A stretch of DNA of 64,000 nt from Paramoeba atlantica. Taxonomy: Eukaryota > Protista > Discosea. The translations under genes were made by a program, and so were the position numbers. The notes beneath the pieces are model-generated. The model worked only from the letters and a program-made list of their open reading frames with translations, had not been told where the DNA came from and searched no databases. Of this stretch, positions 1 to 13,079 are shown piece after piece; the first letter of the stretch is position 1; every line of letters begins with the position of its first letter. The DNA is taken from contig CDRNVI010000144.1 of the NCBI GenBank assembly GCA_977017575.1, positions 1 to 64,000 on the forward strand, read 5' to 3'.

Positions 1-789
1 CCTAAACCCTAAACCCTAAACCCTAAACCCTAAACCCTAAACCCTAAACCCTAAACCCTAAACCCTAAACCCTAAACCCTAAACCCTAAACCCTAAACCC
101 TAAACCCTAAACCCTAAACCCTAAACCCTAAACCCTAAACCCTAAACCCTAAACCCTAAACCCTAAACCCTAAACCCTAAACCCTAAACCCTAAACCCTA
201 AACCCTAAACCCTAAACCCTAAACCCTAAACCCTAAACCCTAAACCCTAAACCCTAAACCCTAAACCCTAAACCCTAAACCCTAAACCCTAAACCCTAAA
301 CCCTAAACCCTAAACCCTAAACCCTAAACCCTAAACCCTAAACCCTAAACCCTAAACCCTAAACCCTAAACCCTAAACCCTAAACCCTAAACCCTAAACC
401 CTAAACCCTAAACCCTAAACCCTAAACCCTAAACCCTAAACCCTAAACCCTAAACCCTAAACCCTAAACCCTAAACCCTAAACCCTAAACCCTAAACCCT
501 AAACCCTAAACCCTAAACCCTAAACCCTAAACCCTAAACCCTAAACCCTAAACCCTAAACCCTAAACCCTAAACCCTAAACCCTAAACCCTAAACCCTAA
601 ACCCTAAACCCTAAACCCTAAACCCTAAACCCTAAACCCTAAACCCTAAACCCTAAACCCTAAACCCTAAACCCTAAACCCTAAACCCTAAACCCTAAAC
701 CCTAAACCCTAAACCCTAAACCCTAAACCCTAAACCCTAAACCCTAAACCCTAAACCCTAAACCCTAAACCCTAACCCCTAACCTCTAA
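1..789. repeat. Telomeric repeat array (CCCTAAA)n / (TTTAGGG)n, chromosome left end
   Basis: Perfect CCCTAAA repeats from 1 to ~775 (about 110 units), then degenerate units (cccctaa, cctctaa) to 789. The C-rich strand is on +, as expected for a left end. Confidence 0.99.
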
Positions 790-913
790 GAAAACTTAAT
801 GTTGCAAAAAGATTTTTAAAAAAAAATATTGATTTAAAAAAAGTAAAGAACTTAAACCTATAAAATAATAGGTTGCACTGGGCAAAAGCTATAAACTCTA
901 GCTATAAACTCTA
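788..913. repeat. Telomere-adjacent ~125-bp module, with a second copy at 52350-52471
   Basis: aagaaaacttaatgttgcaaaaaga...taaacctataaaataataggttgcactgggcaaaagctataaac aligns directly with 52350-52457. It ends in two gctataaactcta units. Confidence 0.9.
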
Positions 914-3873
914 ACCACTAATTTACATAATCATCATCAAGATCAATTTTCAAAAAAGCATCACTTTCATCAATGGTGCTTTTAGATTCAGTTTCAGGTT
1001 CAATATAATCTTTCAACCAATTTATATTGAAGTATTCAGGGAGAAAAGTCAACATATTAGACATATTATATATTTTAGATTTAAGTTGTACTCTTTAAGA
1101 ACTATAGTCATCCACATATTCATCATCAGATTTATCTTATTTATATTAGTTATCATGGGTGTAAGGGAAATCAATTTCTGCAAATTTGATCTCTTTTGAG
1201 TTTCTACACATTGGTTTGCTTTTCAGTTCATTAAATGGTTCAATATCTTCAGAATAATAATATTTAAGCATTTTCTTTTTCAATGTTTATTCTTTCAATT
1301 TAGAAATTCCAAAAGTATATTCATCAAACAACACACTTAAGCATTAGAAAGTATTTCTTATAATTAGATTATATAATAAAAAACTATTCAAGTTTTTAGC
1401 AAATCCAAGATTAATTGTAGCTCTGGATTTGACATTAATTTTCAATTAAGAATTAACAAAAATATAATCAAAAATATAGTATCCAAAAATATAAATTAAA
1501 TCTATACTTGACTTTACACCATAAAGTTTCTCATAAGGTAATATCTTTTGTTCTTACTTAACAACCATTAAAATTACTTTGTTAGTTATTTTTTCAGCAA
1601 ATTTTCAAAAATTAAGAGGCAATTAAACAATAAAATAAATTGTTTGGGTACAATTTCAGTGAGTTTCATTTGCTTTTTCAACAACACCATTTTTCTTAAG
1701 ACAACTAGAACTAAATTTTCTAATTTCAATTCCTTTCTTTGCACAATATCTTTTAAAATTAGTATTTTTACTAATAAACTCAAAGGCACCATTACATTAA
1801 ATAATTTTTACTTTTACATCAACTTGTTTTTGTAATTTTTGAATCACATTAATGATTGTTCTTCTAGTACAAGATTTTCATTTAATAAATCAAGAAAAAT
1901 TAACATCAAAATAATTTTCAATGATGAATACAGAATAGTAGTTGTAATGATAGAATAGAATAGATTTTTTATGTAAGTTAACATAAAGTATTTCACCACA
2001 TTTCCTCACAATTTTGGTTTCAGTATAATGTGGTTTCTTCTTATTTTTTACAAAGACACAAGCATCATAGATATAATCAAAATCAGCAATCAATTTTTTG
2101 TAATTATTAGATAAACCATGGATAGCTTTTGCTTTGATGGTTTGACAAGTGTCAAAGAGATAGGTCAATCTATCATAATATAACTTCAGTTCTTTTTCAT
2201 ACTTAGGAGTGAGAGTATAGCAAATTCTTTTCAGGTTTGTATTCTTTGATCTTATATATTCATTTACATTAGGTTTTTCAATAATTTTCACATAATAGAC
2301 TTCTTTTACAAAGTGATTAAAGAAAGATATTTAATATAATTTATCTTTGCAGGATTCACTCAAGAGTTCTTCAGAGAGTTTTAAATCAATTTTTTTTCTT
2401 GTTACAAAAACACTATTTTTATCAAAAATCATAGAAACATTCTAATTATCACACATTTAAAACACAAATAACAAATTTATAGTACATTTGGTTACAACAG
2501 AAACATCTTCAAGAGGAGATAGATTTACATTTAATTCAAGGTCTTTTTTCAATTCTACTAGTATTAATTCACCATTTGCTTAAAAAATATATGTAATTTG
2601 ATTAAATTCACATACATTAAAGATATGATTTTCAGAATTCATAATTGAATTGGAAATATTAGAATCAACAATTACATTATCTTTTTGGTTTATTGATTTC
2701 ATTTTCATAATCAGGATATCAATAAATTGAAGCAAAGTGTAAATTTGAAAATTTTTATTTAATATTTCAATTTTTTACTTTTTTTTTGCTTTTTCAAAGG
2801 TATAGAATTCAGTTTTAGTTAATACACCATTGGAAGATCTTTGATAGGATTTATTAGAGCAAGAATTCTTACAATGTCCAGCAAATTCACAATACCAACA
2901 TGCATTAGGACTTTAGGAGGATCATACTAATCAAAGTTTGCTTGAAAGGTAGTATACTTATTGATTCAATAAATAGAGAAAGATTGAAAGTGAAATGAGG
3001 AAAAAATTAAAGTTTGATTTTGAAATTTCCTTTTCAAAGTAGTATATGTTTTCTGTAAGATAACAAGTTCATTATCTTCTTTTCTTTTCATGTTTCTCTC
3101 TATAATAAATTTTTCAGCCTCAATTAATATTTTAAAAACTTATTTATAAATGAATTCTTGAGCTTTAGATTTTTTTACAATCTTCTTAATCATATTATCC
3201 CACTTTGATGCTTTCATTGAGTTCTTTAAATAATCTATTTTTTTCTTTTTAGTTACATCTCCACCAAGTTTCTCATACTTCTCAATTAACAAGTTTAATT
3301 AGAAGTTCATTGCAACAATCATTTTGATTTTTAAAATTCAAAATGTTTTAAGTTCTTTCTTCACCTTCTGCAATTCTCCAAGTTTCTAAGATGAATCATA
3401 AATCCTGTTGAGTGTTTTCATTATTTTTGCAGATTTACCAAGAAATCCATTAGTTATGATTTCCCTTTGTGCCTCTCTTATGAGATTGCTGATGATGAAA
3501 CAGTATATAGTGTAGTGATTTGTTATTTTTATAATATTGATCACTTGATGATTTCTTTTTCTAATATTGAAATCATTAGTATTGTCTACTATTAAGTGGT
3601 GAATCAACTTGAATCAGATCAACTGTATTTTTAATCCAAAGCACCAAGAAGAATAATCACCAATATCATCAAACTTTGTTTCGATATGTTTTAGTATCTT
3701 TTTAATATTCTTGGAATTATATTCAAGTTCAAGATAAGCATTTGCTATCCTTTAAAAAATGCTATATGTGAATAATTCCACATAAGGGTTTGTGAAAGAA
3801 GAGGGGATCTTTTCATGCTCAAAAATTGGTTTTAGCCAAGGCTTAGTTTCAGGGCAAGTCTAAACTTTTAATT
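914..3873 (-). mobile_element. Degenerate Ty1/Copia internal region (gag, protease, gag-pre-integrase, integrase), truncated before RT
   Basis: Minus-strand translation gives a CCHC knuckle CWYCEFAGHCKNSC (~2855-2900), a protease-like DSNISNSIM...ANG...NLLFV segment (~2480-2670), HGL...YDACVFVKNKKKPH...GEILYVNL...FIIENY (ORF 1890-2291), and the integrase core NGAFEFISKNTNFKRYCAKKGIE...KNGVVEKANET...LP...LYGVK...IFG (~1480-1800). It has many stops. Confidence 0.85.
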
Positions 3874-4038
3874 TATTAAAATTAACAGATTTCTGAAGAG
3901 CAAGAAACAAAGAACAGAAACACATGTGCTAAAGACAAGTCAAAAATGTGAATTTTATTCTTAAAGCAAAAACAAGGGAAACATTTGAACTAGAGATAAA
4001 ATGCAAAAGTAAAGAAAACATAGTTGAGATGGAGGTGT

Positions 4039-4352
4039 TGTACAGCTACTTCTGAACAAAACTAAACAAATGAACAAACAACCAAACTTCTGTAACAAAA
4101 CAAAAAACACGAAAAAGAAAATAATGCACTAAACTAGAATACTAAAGAAGATATTCCTCAAATTGTCTTTAAACACTTTTATTGATCCAATAACTACTTC
4201 TCAAAACAGTTATACTTGAAAGAATTCTCTACAAATCTTTTTTTTCATCACACCTAACCTTTAATCTTCTTAGTAAACCACTTTTAACTTTTTTAACAAA
4301 AACTTGTGCTTTCTCTTTTCTCTTGCAACCCCTGGAGAACTTAATCTGCATA
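4039..4352 (+). repeat. Gypsy 5' LTR
   Basis: Direct repeat of 10600-10913, same length, differing almost only by transitions. Confidence 0.93.
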
Positions 4353-4375
4353 CTTAGCAACACTGTTTTGAACTT

Positions 4376-7300
4376 ATGAACTGTAACACAAACACTGATG
4401 AAACTGTTTTGGATCAAACCACCCTTGGTCAAACAGTTGTGAATGAGAATACAACTCAGCAACAGCCTCAACCAAACTTGAATTTTGGCAATTTTGACCT
4501 TTTAACTATCATCAGCAAGTCTAAACCAAACAAAAAGGTTCCTCTCCCAAAGAACCTTACCCTGTATGAAGCAAAAATCCACAAGACAATTCAAAAATCT
4601 TTTGAATCATTCTTGAACTCAAGTCTCACACCACCTCTTGTAACAGGTGAAAACAGTCAAACACACTTTACCTATTTTCTCTCTAACATCTACTATACAT
4701 GGACTTACAACTTCTGGTTGAACCACAAATTTCTCTTTCAAGTGTTGTCTAAACACTTGAAGTTAAAGAGCTACACCATAGTTGCTATTTCCTTCCAATT
4801 TTTTTAAGATTTTTTAACAGCCATTAACATGGAACTGGGATCCAACAGTTTACTGGTCTCCACAAAGTGGATCATATGGTTAATGTTTGACAATTCAATC
4901 AAACTCTCCCAACACCTTCAAATCTTCTGCCAAGCAGCAGAGAGAGAGTATAAGAGAGGCATACAGTTGACTAACTCTTGAATCTTCCAAACTCTACAAA
5001 ACAAAATCCTCTCCTTACCTTTCTTAGAAGCCTGGCAAGCAGTCAAGAGGTTATCACCTGATCAACCCCCTGAAGAAACAGCTATCTCATATGAGAGCCA
5101 ACCAAAATATCCTTTTATCTGCTCTAATACCACTTCTTCACCCACACTTATACTCCACCTGAACTTTTATGGTCAGAAATTCAAAGATGCAGCACAACAT
5201 CTGCAGCAGTAGATAATATGTTTGGCTTGTGCCAGTACTGATCACTTCTCCCTGAATTGGCCTCAAGTTCTCAGATACTGTGAACAATTTACCAAACTTA
5301 ACAAACACTTCTTTTGTCTATTGCTGCTCCATTCATAGATTCAATATCATCCATGCTGACAAAAATTGTTGAGTGATTACAACTCTGCAAGCTGATAATA
5401 AATCACCTCCATCAAAGAGAAGGTACAAACAACCACCACACAATCCATATAGAAACCCAAATGCTCATGGGAACAATTCTTACAAACCTCTTCACAACAC
5501 TGGAAAACCCTCCACAAAGAAACCACAAACTGAAGAACAACTCATTTGTTCCAAAGTTACTGGCTGCTTTGACTCTACATCTTCAAAAAGCAGCCATACA
5601 ATCTGCTGCTTTGCCTCTACAACAACAACAAACTGTTGCTCAAGCACAACCTGCTATTCAACAAGGTAATGCTAATAAACTTTTCCAAAATTACCCTATT
5701 GTTTTTATTAATATTGAAATTGATAAGAAAATTTCTCTTTTTGATAAACAATATCAGACTGTGTTATACAAACTTAACAGTTGTGAATCAGAAAAGGAAA
5801 TCCCTCACACTCAAATATCTTTCAAATTGTTTTTTTGTAAAGAACACAAAATGCACTGTAGAATGATTGAGAGAACAGCCTATCAGGCACCTGCATCTGC
5901 TCCCTGTGAAGTAGAATTCCAACTGTTGCAGCATCTTCCAACCCAAAACACCCATCCACAAAAAGCTGATAAGGTTACAGCAATAATTGGGTTGCCACTG
6001 GAATTTCAAGCAACTGTGAAAGGCCTCCAAATGGTCACTTGTCTTGATACTGGGGCAGGACTCAATGCTATTAGCTGAGAATTAATACAAAAACATGGAT
6101 TCAAAATTGAGGAAATCAAAGAACTTGAAACTCCATTCTGCATTACAATGGGAAATTCAACTCAAACTCTCACTAAGCAAGCAATTGCAACCACATTTCA
6201 ATTTAAGGAATGCACTGCTAAGTTATGGTTTCTCATTGTTGATCACTTGCCAGTTCAATGCTTAATCAATCAACCAATCTTGCATCACATATAAATTGCA
6301 TATAATCCAAGTGACAACACTATAACTTACAGTGGTAAATTCCAAACACAAGCAAACTCCCCCTCAAATCTCTCTAATCAGATGGATCCACTTACACTTG
6401 AGCATTTAAAGATCTTTAATCATGCAAAATTACTTCATGCCCAAGCTGTGAGGGCAAAGTGTCTACCAAGAGCTTTAAAAACAATAACACTCAAATTAGT
6501 TGGACCTATCACATCACCACAAAGATTCTTTATACTGATAGTCACTGGAAGTGAAAAGTTGCTGGCTTTTCCTGAACTTGTGAACATCTGTAGTGATGAA
6601 GAAATCACACTGTTGGTAGCAAATCCAACAGCACAAACTGTTACCATACCAAACAAAGCTGTGCTTGGAAAAGTTTACATGGTCAATGAATAAAATGTGA
6701 CTGATATAGAGCTCATTGAACTCACAAAAAATCCTATTACAGAAACAAAATTTAATTTCAAGAAGGAAACCCCTTCTCTACTGAAAAAACTAGAACAAAA
6801 CACAAAACACCCAATTGTAATTGGCAGAAAACAAAACCAATCTATCCAAAATAACTCCAAAAGGACAACAAACCCTTTATTAAAAACAAACAATTTGATG
6901 ACATTGGTGAAGAACCAGTTATTCAAATGCTTGTAGCAAAATTGGTAGATTCTCAAAAGCCTACTGATGAATTTGATTCTCTGCAAACTCAGAATCCAGA
7001 ACTTCAACAAGTTTATGATGAGTTTAAAATCAATTCAATAAATTTAACAACTGTTCAAAAAGAAAAATTAGCAACTCTGCTTTACTCTTTCAAAGATCTT
7101 TGAAGTAAAGAAAAAAGAGAAGGACTTCTTGAAAGAACAACCTTTACTTCTCACACAATAGAGGTTGAGGGTCCATCAATTAAACATAATCCTCACAGAA
7201 CAAGTTCAGTTGAAGATTATATCATTTAGCAACACATCAATAAGATGGCACTTCACAAAGTTATTAGACCATCAAAATTGCTTTGGGCTTCACCCATCTA

Positions 7301-10300
7301 ATTAACTGATAAGAAAAATGAAAAAATCAGATTTTACATTGATTTTAGAGCACTTAACAAAGTGATAAAGAAAGATTCATATCCACTTCTGAAAATGAAT
7401 GAAATACTTGCAATATTGGAGAATGCTTCTTATTTCTCAACAATTGATCTCACTGATACATTCTGATCAATTCCAATCCATTCAGATGACATTGAAAAAA
7501 CAGCTTTTACAAGCAAATACAGCCTCTGGGAATTTCTTTCCATACCATTCAGGTTATGCAATGTACTTCCAATACAACAATGATTCATAGAGGCTGTTCT
7601 AAATGGTTTCTTATGGATATGTTGTTTTGCTTATCTTGATGATATACTCACTTTCAGTGCATCATTTGAGAATCATATCAAGCACCTTGAACAAATCCTC
7701 ATAAGATTGAGAGATCACAATTTCATCTTACAACTCTCAAAATGCTCCTTTTGCAGACCCACATTCAAAATACTTGAATTTGTCACATCAAAAGATAGAT
7801 TATCACCTAATCTCAAAAAAGTCAAAGCAATCAAAAACTATCCACTGCCAAGAACACCAAAAGAGGTGAGCAGATTCTTAAATATGATATTATGGCTCAG
7901 AAAATTTATACTAAGACTTTCAGCATTAATCACAAATCTTCAAAAAGCAACCCAACTGGATAACAAATCATTTAAATTAACAAAAAAAGCAATTAATGAA
8001 ATTGAATTGTTAAAAGAAATGCTTACTGATGAGACATACATGGCTCACCTCAATCTCTCAAAACAATTCTACATCTATGTAAATATAAGCAAAACTGGCC
8101 TTGAAGCCATTTTTACACAACTAAATGAGAATGGTAATCACTGAGTTGTTGAGTATATATCTTATGTACTTACTGAGATACAAAGAAAATACACAAATCC
8201 AATCCATGAAGGTTTTGGAATTCTTTGATCACTCAACACATTCAAATATTATATTTATGAATGTGACTCAATCATATACTGTGATTGTAGCAGTCTCTCT
8301 GACATAATAAATGCAACTGAATACATGTTCAATCACAAAATGTTCTGTAACTGGATCACAAGAATCCTGCAATATAATGTCTGTGTTATACACAAACCAA
8401 GCAAACTAATGGCAATTCCAGATGCCCTCAGCCATCATTACACTACATATGACACTGAAATGGAAACTGATGAGATAACAAATATTTTTAAAGATATGGT
8501 TGAGACAGCAGTTAAAACTAGAAACAGTGAAACCAACAAATCTCTGGACAAATAATCTGACCTTTTACAAAGATTAAACTTCCTTGAAGAACAAAATGTA
8601 CATATTTCTGAAATAAGAACAATTGAAAATTTAGAACCTGACCTTTTTCTTTTTCAAAAAACCTCCACAAGCTTGTGGAGGAACACTTTTTCAAAAGAAA
8701 TTGACCAACCAGTTAATCTTTTATGACTTGCTCAAATGCAACAGGAAGATAAACACTGTTTAAAATTAATCAATTATCTTCAATTTGAAACACTTCTTAG
8801 AAGAAAATCAGCTCTCAAATACCTACAAACACAATCTCACAAATATTGGATTGACAACCAAGGCATCTTTCAAAAAATCAATGAGATGTTCCTAATAGAA
8901 AAAGAACTGCCACCTGCAGTTCTTTCCAAAGCTTTCTGGAATGAAGTAATTGACATTAATCATAACTCTCCCACAGAAAAACACTGAAAATTCGAAAAAC
9001 TTTACAAAGTTATTCGAAATTCATTCTATTTTGAACAAATGTATACTTATATTAAAGCATATTGTAACTGTTGCTTGGAATGCCAAATAACAACCAAAAC
9101 TGCCCAATTGTATATAAAATTAAATCCAACCTGCAACATACAATACCTTGGCCTGGTAATCCAGATTGACTGCACCCCAGGACCAAACAGAACAATTTGA
9201 AGAAATTCACACATCCTTGCAGTTGTTAACATCTTTACAGAATATCTCTACTTATATGCTATCTCTCAACCTGATGGTAATACATCTGCATCATTACTCT
9301 TCAAATATGTTTGCTTACATTCAATGTCCTTAAAAATTATTACTAATAATAGAAGAGAATTTGCAAATGAATTAATTGCTAACCTGATTCATTTGCTTGG
9401 AATCAAACACACCTTGATTTGCCCTCTCCATTCATAAAGTAATGGAAAAGTCAAAAAAACACATCAAGTGATCAAAACAATGATCTGTACTTTCATCAAT
9501 GACTTCAAAGATGATTGGAACCTACTGATCCCACTCTTAAAATTTGCATATAACATATTTGAATTTTCAGTTATAAATTATATGCCATTCTTTCTTTTCT
9601 ATGGAAGACATTCAGTTTTATCCATTGAGGCTTTATATGACACAGCATACCATCCTGTTACAACAGCACATGAGTATGTTAAAACACTACAAACTCAACA
9701 AGATATAGTATTTGCTTGGGTCAAAGACTAAAAACAAAAAGCAGCAAATCTTTACAAAAATCACTATGATGAAACTTATCATACAATGATTAAAACACTG
9801 AACCTTGGAGATTCTGTCCTCCTCACAAAGGATAACAAAGACAGCTCCATAGGAAAGAAATATTGACTACTTTTCTATCAAAAAATCTACAAGGTCACTG
9901 GTATCCATTCCAATGGAACATATACAATCCAAGATTTCAAATAGGAAAAACTTCTACAAACTAAAAACATTATGAGATTAAAAAAACTAAAAATTCAATA
10001 TGAATTAAATCATGAACCTGCAAACCAGGCACTCATAGAACAACCTGTCTATTTTTCTGAGGATGACAAACAAATTGAATTTGATGACTTTGACCTAGGT
10101 AACAATTGTGACTATGAATTAAAGAAAATTCTTACTTATAAATTTGACTCACAAGGAAGACTTCATTACAAAGTTCAATACAAAAATTTCCAAGCAGACC
10201 ACACAGTCTGGTTTCTTGCAAATGAAATTGATGCTCCTGATTTCATTGAATTCTATAAACAAAATCACAATGTTACCCCTTCACTTTCGATAAACACCCT

Positions 10301-10334
10301 CCCAACTCAACTTCAACCCAATTTTTCTGCTTAG
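4376..10334 (+). pseudogene. Gypsy gag-pol: aspartic protease, RT, RNase H, integrase and C-terminal chromodomain, interrupted by stops and frameshifts
   Basis: MVTCLDTGAGLNAIS (ORF 5461-6078); IRFYIDFRALNKVIKKDSYP and AYLDDILTFS; FYIYVNISKTGLEAIFTQ; DNRREFANE...GKVKKTHQVIK; chromodomain ELKKILTYK...HYKVQYKNF...VWFLANEIDAPDFIEFY (ORF 9972-10334). Confidence 0.92.
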
Positions 10335-10599
10335 GGGAGGAGGCTACAAGTCAATACTTATTACACTAATTATGAATAACAAACCAAGAGTTACACTCCA
10401 ATGGTCCTTCCTCTTGCAAGAAAGTGAGGTTTTCCTCTCAAAACTCTTGGGTTTCCTCACACAACAAGCTTTTGCCCCTTCCACACTAGCTCTCAGCATT
10501 GGCTCTCTCCTGCAAACAACTCCTGAACCATGGCTTTTTTTCCCACTGCTTTACAAATCCTTATAATGCAAGTTAAACATTCTTCAAGCTCCAGGAGGA

Positions 10600-10913
10600 T
10601 GCACAGTTGCTTCTGAACAAAACTAAATGACTGAACAAACAATCAAACTCTCACAACAAAACAAGAAACACAAAAAAGAAAATAATATGTTAAACTAAAA
10701 CACTAAAAAAGATATTCCTCAAATTGTCTTCAAACATCTTTATTGATCCAGTAACTACTTCCCAGAACAGTTATGCCTGAAAGAATTTTCTACAAATCTT
10801 TTCTTTCATCACACCTGACCTTTAACCTCCTTAGTAAACCACTTTTAACTTTTTTAACAAAAACTTGTGCTTTCCCTTTTCTCTTGCAACCTCTGTAAAA
10901 CTTAATCTGCACA
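10600..10913 (+). repeat. Gypsy 3' LTR
   Basis: Direct repeat of 4039-4352, with TG...CA ends, followed by TSD GTGT. Confidence 0.93.
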
Positions 10914-11154
10914 GTGTGACAGAGATAAAAGGAGTATTAAATCAGCATTTTGATTAAAGAAAACAAGAATAGAATCAAATTAGAACAGGACAAAATAAAC
11001 ATCAGGAAAAACAAGAAAGAGGAAAATAATACAAGAGAAAATACAACAGAAAAGGAGGGAGGAAGGGAAAAAGGGAGCAGTGATCAATCAAAGGAGCAGA
11101 GCAATAAGATGGCATCAAATTGAATAGAAAACAAACAAAACAGGGTTTGTAACA

Positions 11155-12770
11155 CCATTAATTCCATTCCACCTGAGATTGATAATGAAATCCACATAGG
11201 AAATTGCATATTTTTTAAACTTTTTTAACAAGATAACTTTAATTCAGAGCACAGTTTAGATGTTCCATGTACAAGATTTGATTGTTTTGGTTCTTCAATA
11301 AGGAATGCAATGGTCCAATATTTGGATATTAATTCAATTTTGAGATCTTCTTCTTAACAACAACAAAATAAAACAAATGTAAAATATAAAATTTTTTTAA
11401 AAAAAAAAATTTAATTATTCAAAAAAATAAAGTTTCTTCTTTATTAAGTTTCAATCAAAAACCAAACTCTCTTTTTTGTGTCTTGTTAAGTTTATTAATT
11501 AATAAATTCAACCATTTCTTTAATGTCTCTAAAATCAAGAAATTACTTTTATTCAAAACACCACTTTCAAGCCTTTCAATCTTTTCCCTCACTTCAACCA
11601 GTTGTTGTTCAATCTCAGCACTCAATAACATTTTTGAAGTGATTGGAGTTGTTGAAGTTGGAGTTGAAGTACCAAGGATAGCAGTTTGTTACAAAAAAGT
11701 GGTAAAAGCTTTGGTTAATGCTTTGGTTCCATTATTATCATTCTCACTTCTCTCATTTTCTTCTTCTTTCTTTTTCAATTTTCTTCTTCTTTTTGCTGGA
11801 AGAGAGCACACAAATAATGAGGAAGAAGTGTAAGAAAGAGAGTCACTCTCCAAATCAATTGCTCCACTAATTTGTTATACAAAAGTTTGGCCTATTTGAC
11901 CATTTTCTTTAGATAGCAAATGTGTAAGTTCTACAATTGCACTTCCACCTGAAAACTTGTAAAAACCAATTGTATTGTAATGACCTAATTTGTCTCAATT
12001 TGCATAACATTAAGCATATTCATGTTTAATTTGTTGATATTTTATCAAAAAAGAATTATATGTTTAAGGCTTAAACTGATTGAGATTCCAAAAAGAGGCA
12101 ACTTTCACAAAATATAAATACTTAGTAAGGTCATAATCAGTTGGAACCTCATAAGCTGCATTTGAGTTATGAAATTTCTTCCAAAAGATTTCTGCTTTGA
12201 TATCAAGAAGTTAGTGATGATCAAGTCTCTATTTTTTCACCACTTAAAAAATATTTGAACAAATTGTTACCTTCAACTGTAGCAGAGGTGAAACTCTTAG
12301 TTATTAGATCAACAAAGACACTCAGTTTTATTATTCCTTTATTAAGATTTATTCAACTTATTACACCTTAGAGCATAGCATGAAGGATTTTGTAGGTTGG
12401 ATCATTGAAGATTAGCAACATTTGGACAGACTTATTTGCACTCCATTTTTCTCACATGATATGTTTTTGTTCTTTTTCTTCTTCTTCTTTACCTTTTCCC
12501 TCTCCCTCTCCTTTCTCTTTCTTTCCCTCTTTTTTTCATTTTCAACCTGTTTCCTCTTCTTTTGATAATGTTTCATTAGACTTGGCAACTCCCCTTTCTA
12601 AGACAATCCTTTGTTCGAACAAAGCTCTTTCATTTCATTAACTGTTTTTGTCTTCAAATCCTGGTCATCCAACCACTCCCTTTCAACTTTAGAAGCTTCC
12701 TCTTCATTTTGACTTCTTTGTGAACTCTAATCCACTTGAAGATCATCCATTAATTTGAGTTCATCACAGT
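11155..12770 (-). pseudogene. Decayed gene with SAP domain, a possible zinc knuckle and a possible Ulp1-like peptidase fragment (DNA-transposon-like relic)
   Basis: LKTKTVNEMKELCSNKGLS*KGE at ~12590-12660 fits SAP; FTSATVEGNNLFKY at ~12250-12295; CYAN*DKLGHYNT at ~11975-12015; QN*INIQILDHCIPY...VDFIINLRW at ~11170-11345. It has many stops and is cut by the Copia LTR. Confidence 0.4.
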
Positions 12771-13015
12771 CAACAAGAAGTTTGTCCATTCACCCCCAAA
12801 AGAAAAACAAAAAAAAACAAAAAAACAAAAAAAAAACAAAAAAACAAAAAAAATAGCAACTCATCACTTTTGCAAAGATATGAATTTTTTATTTTTGTTC
12901 TTTTCACACCAAAAAAAAAAAAAAAATAGCTTGCAACTTTTTGCCTTTTTGAAAAGATTTGGGGCTTTAAAGAAAGAGAAAAAGAAAAAAGAAAAAAGAA
13001 AAAAGAAAAAGAAAA

Positions 13016-13053
<38 letters not shown>

Positions 13054-13079
13054 CTCAAATAATATCAAGAAAAATTCCC

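Larger units (their letters stand above)
4039..10913 (+). mobile_element. Full-length but pseudogenised Ty3/Gypsy chromovirus-type LTR retrotransposon
   Basis: 314-bp LTRs at 4039-4352 and 10600-10913 (TGTACAG/TGCACAG...CTGCATA/CTGCACA); 4-bp TSD GTGT at 4035-4038 and 10914-10917; purine tract AGGAGGA before the 3' LTR. Domain order is protease LDTGA (~6043), RT (WASPI, FRALN, YLDD at 7632), RNase H, integrase, chromodomain. Confidence 0.95.
3874..11154 (-). mobile_element. 5' LTR of the subtelomeric Copia (3874-4038 plus 10914-11154), split by the Gypsy insertion
   Basis: The two halves rejoin into the reverse complement of the solo LTRs at 54868-55259 and 55614-56014. On the minus strand it begins TGTTACAAACCCTG at 11154; its end is mutated (tattaaaattaac versus tgtcaggatcgac). 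Confidence 0.85.

Noticed and set aside
10331-10345. AGGGGAGGAGG after the Gypsy pol stop as the PPT marking the 3' LTR start
   Set aside because: The sequence following it has no counterpart at the 5' end. LTR homology begins at 10600, preceded by AGGAGGA.
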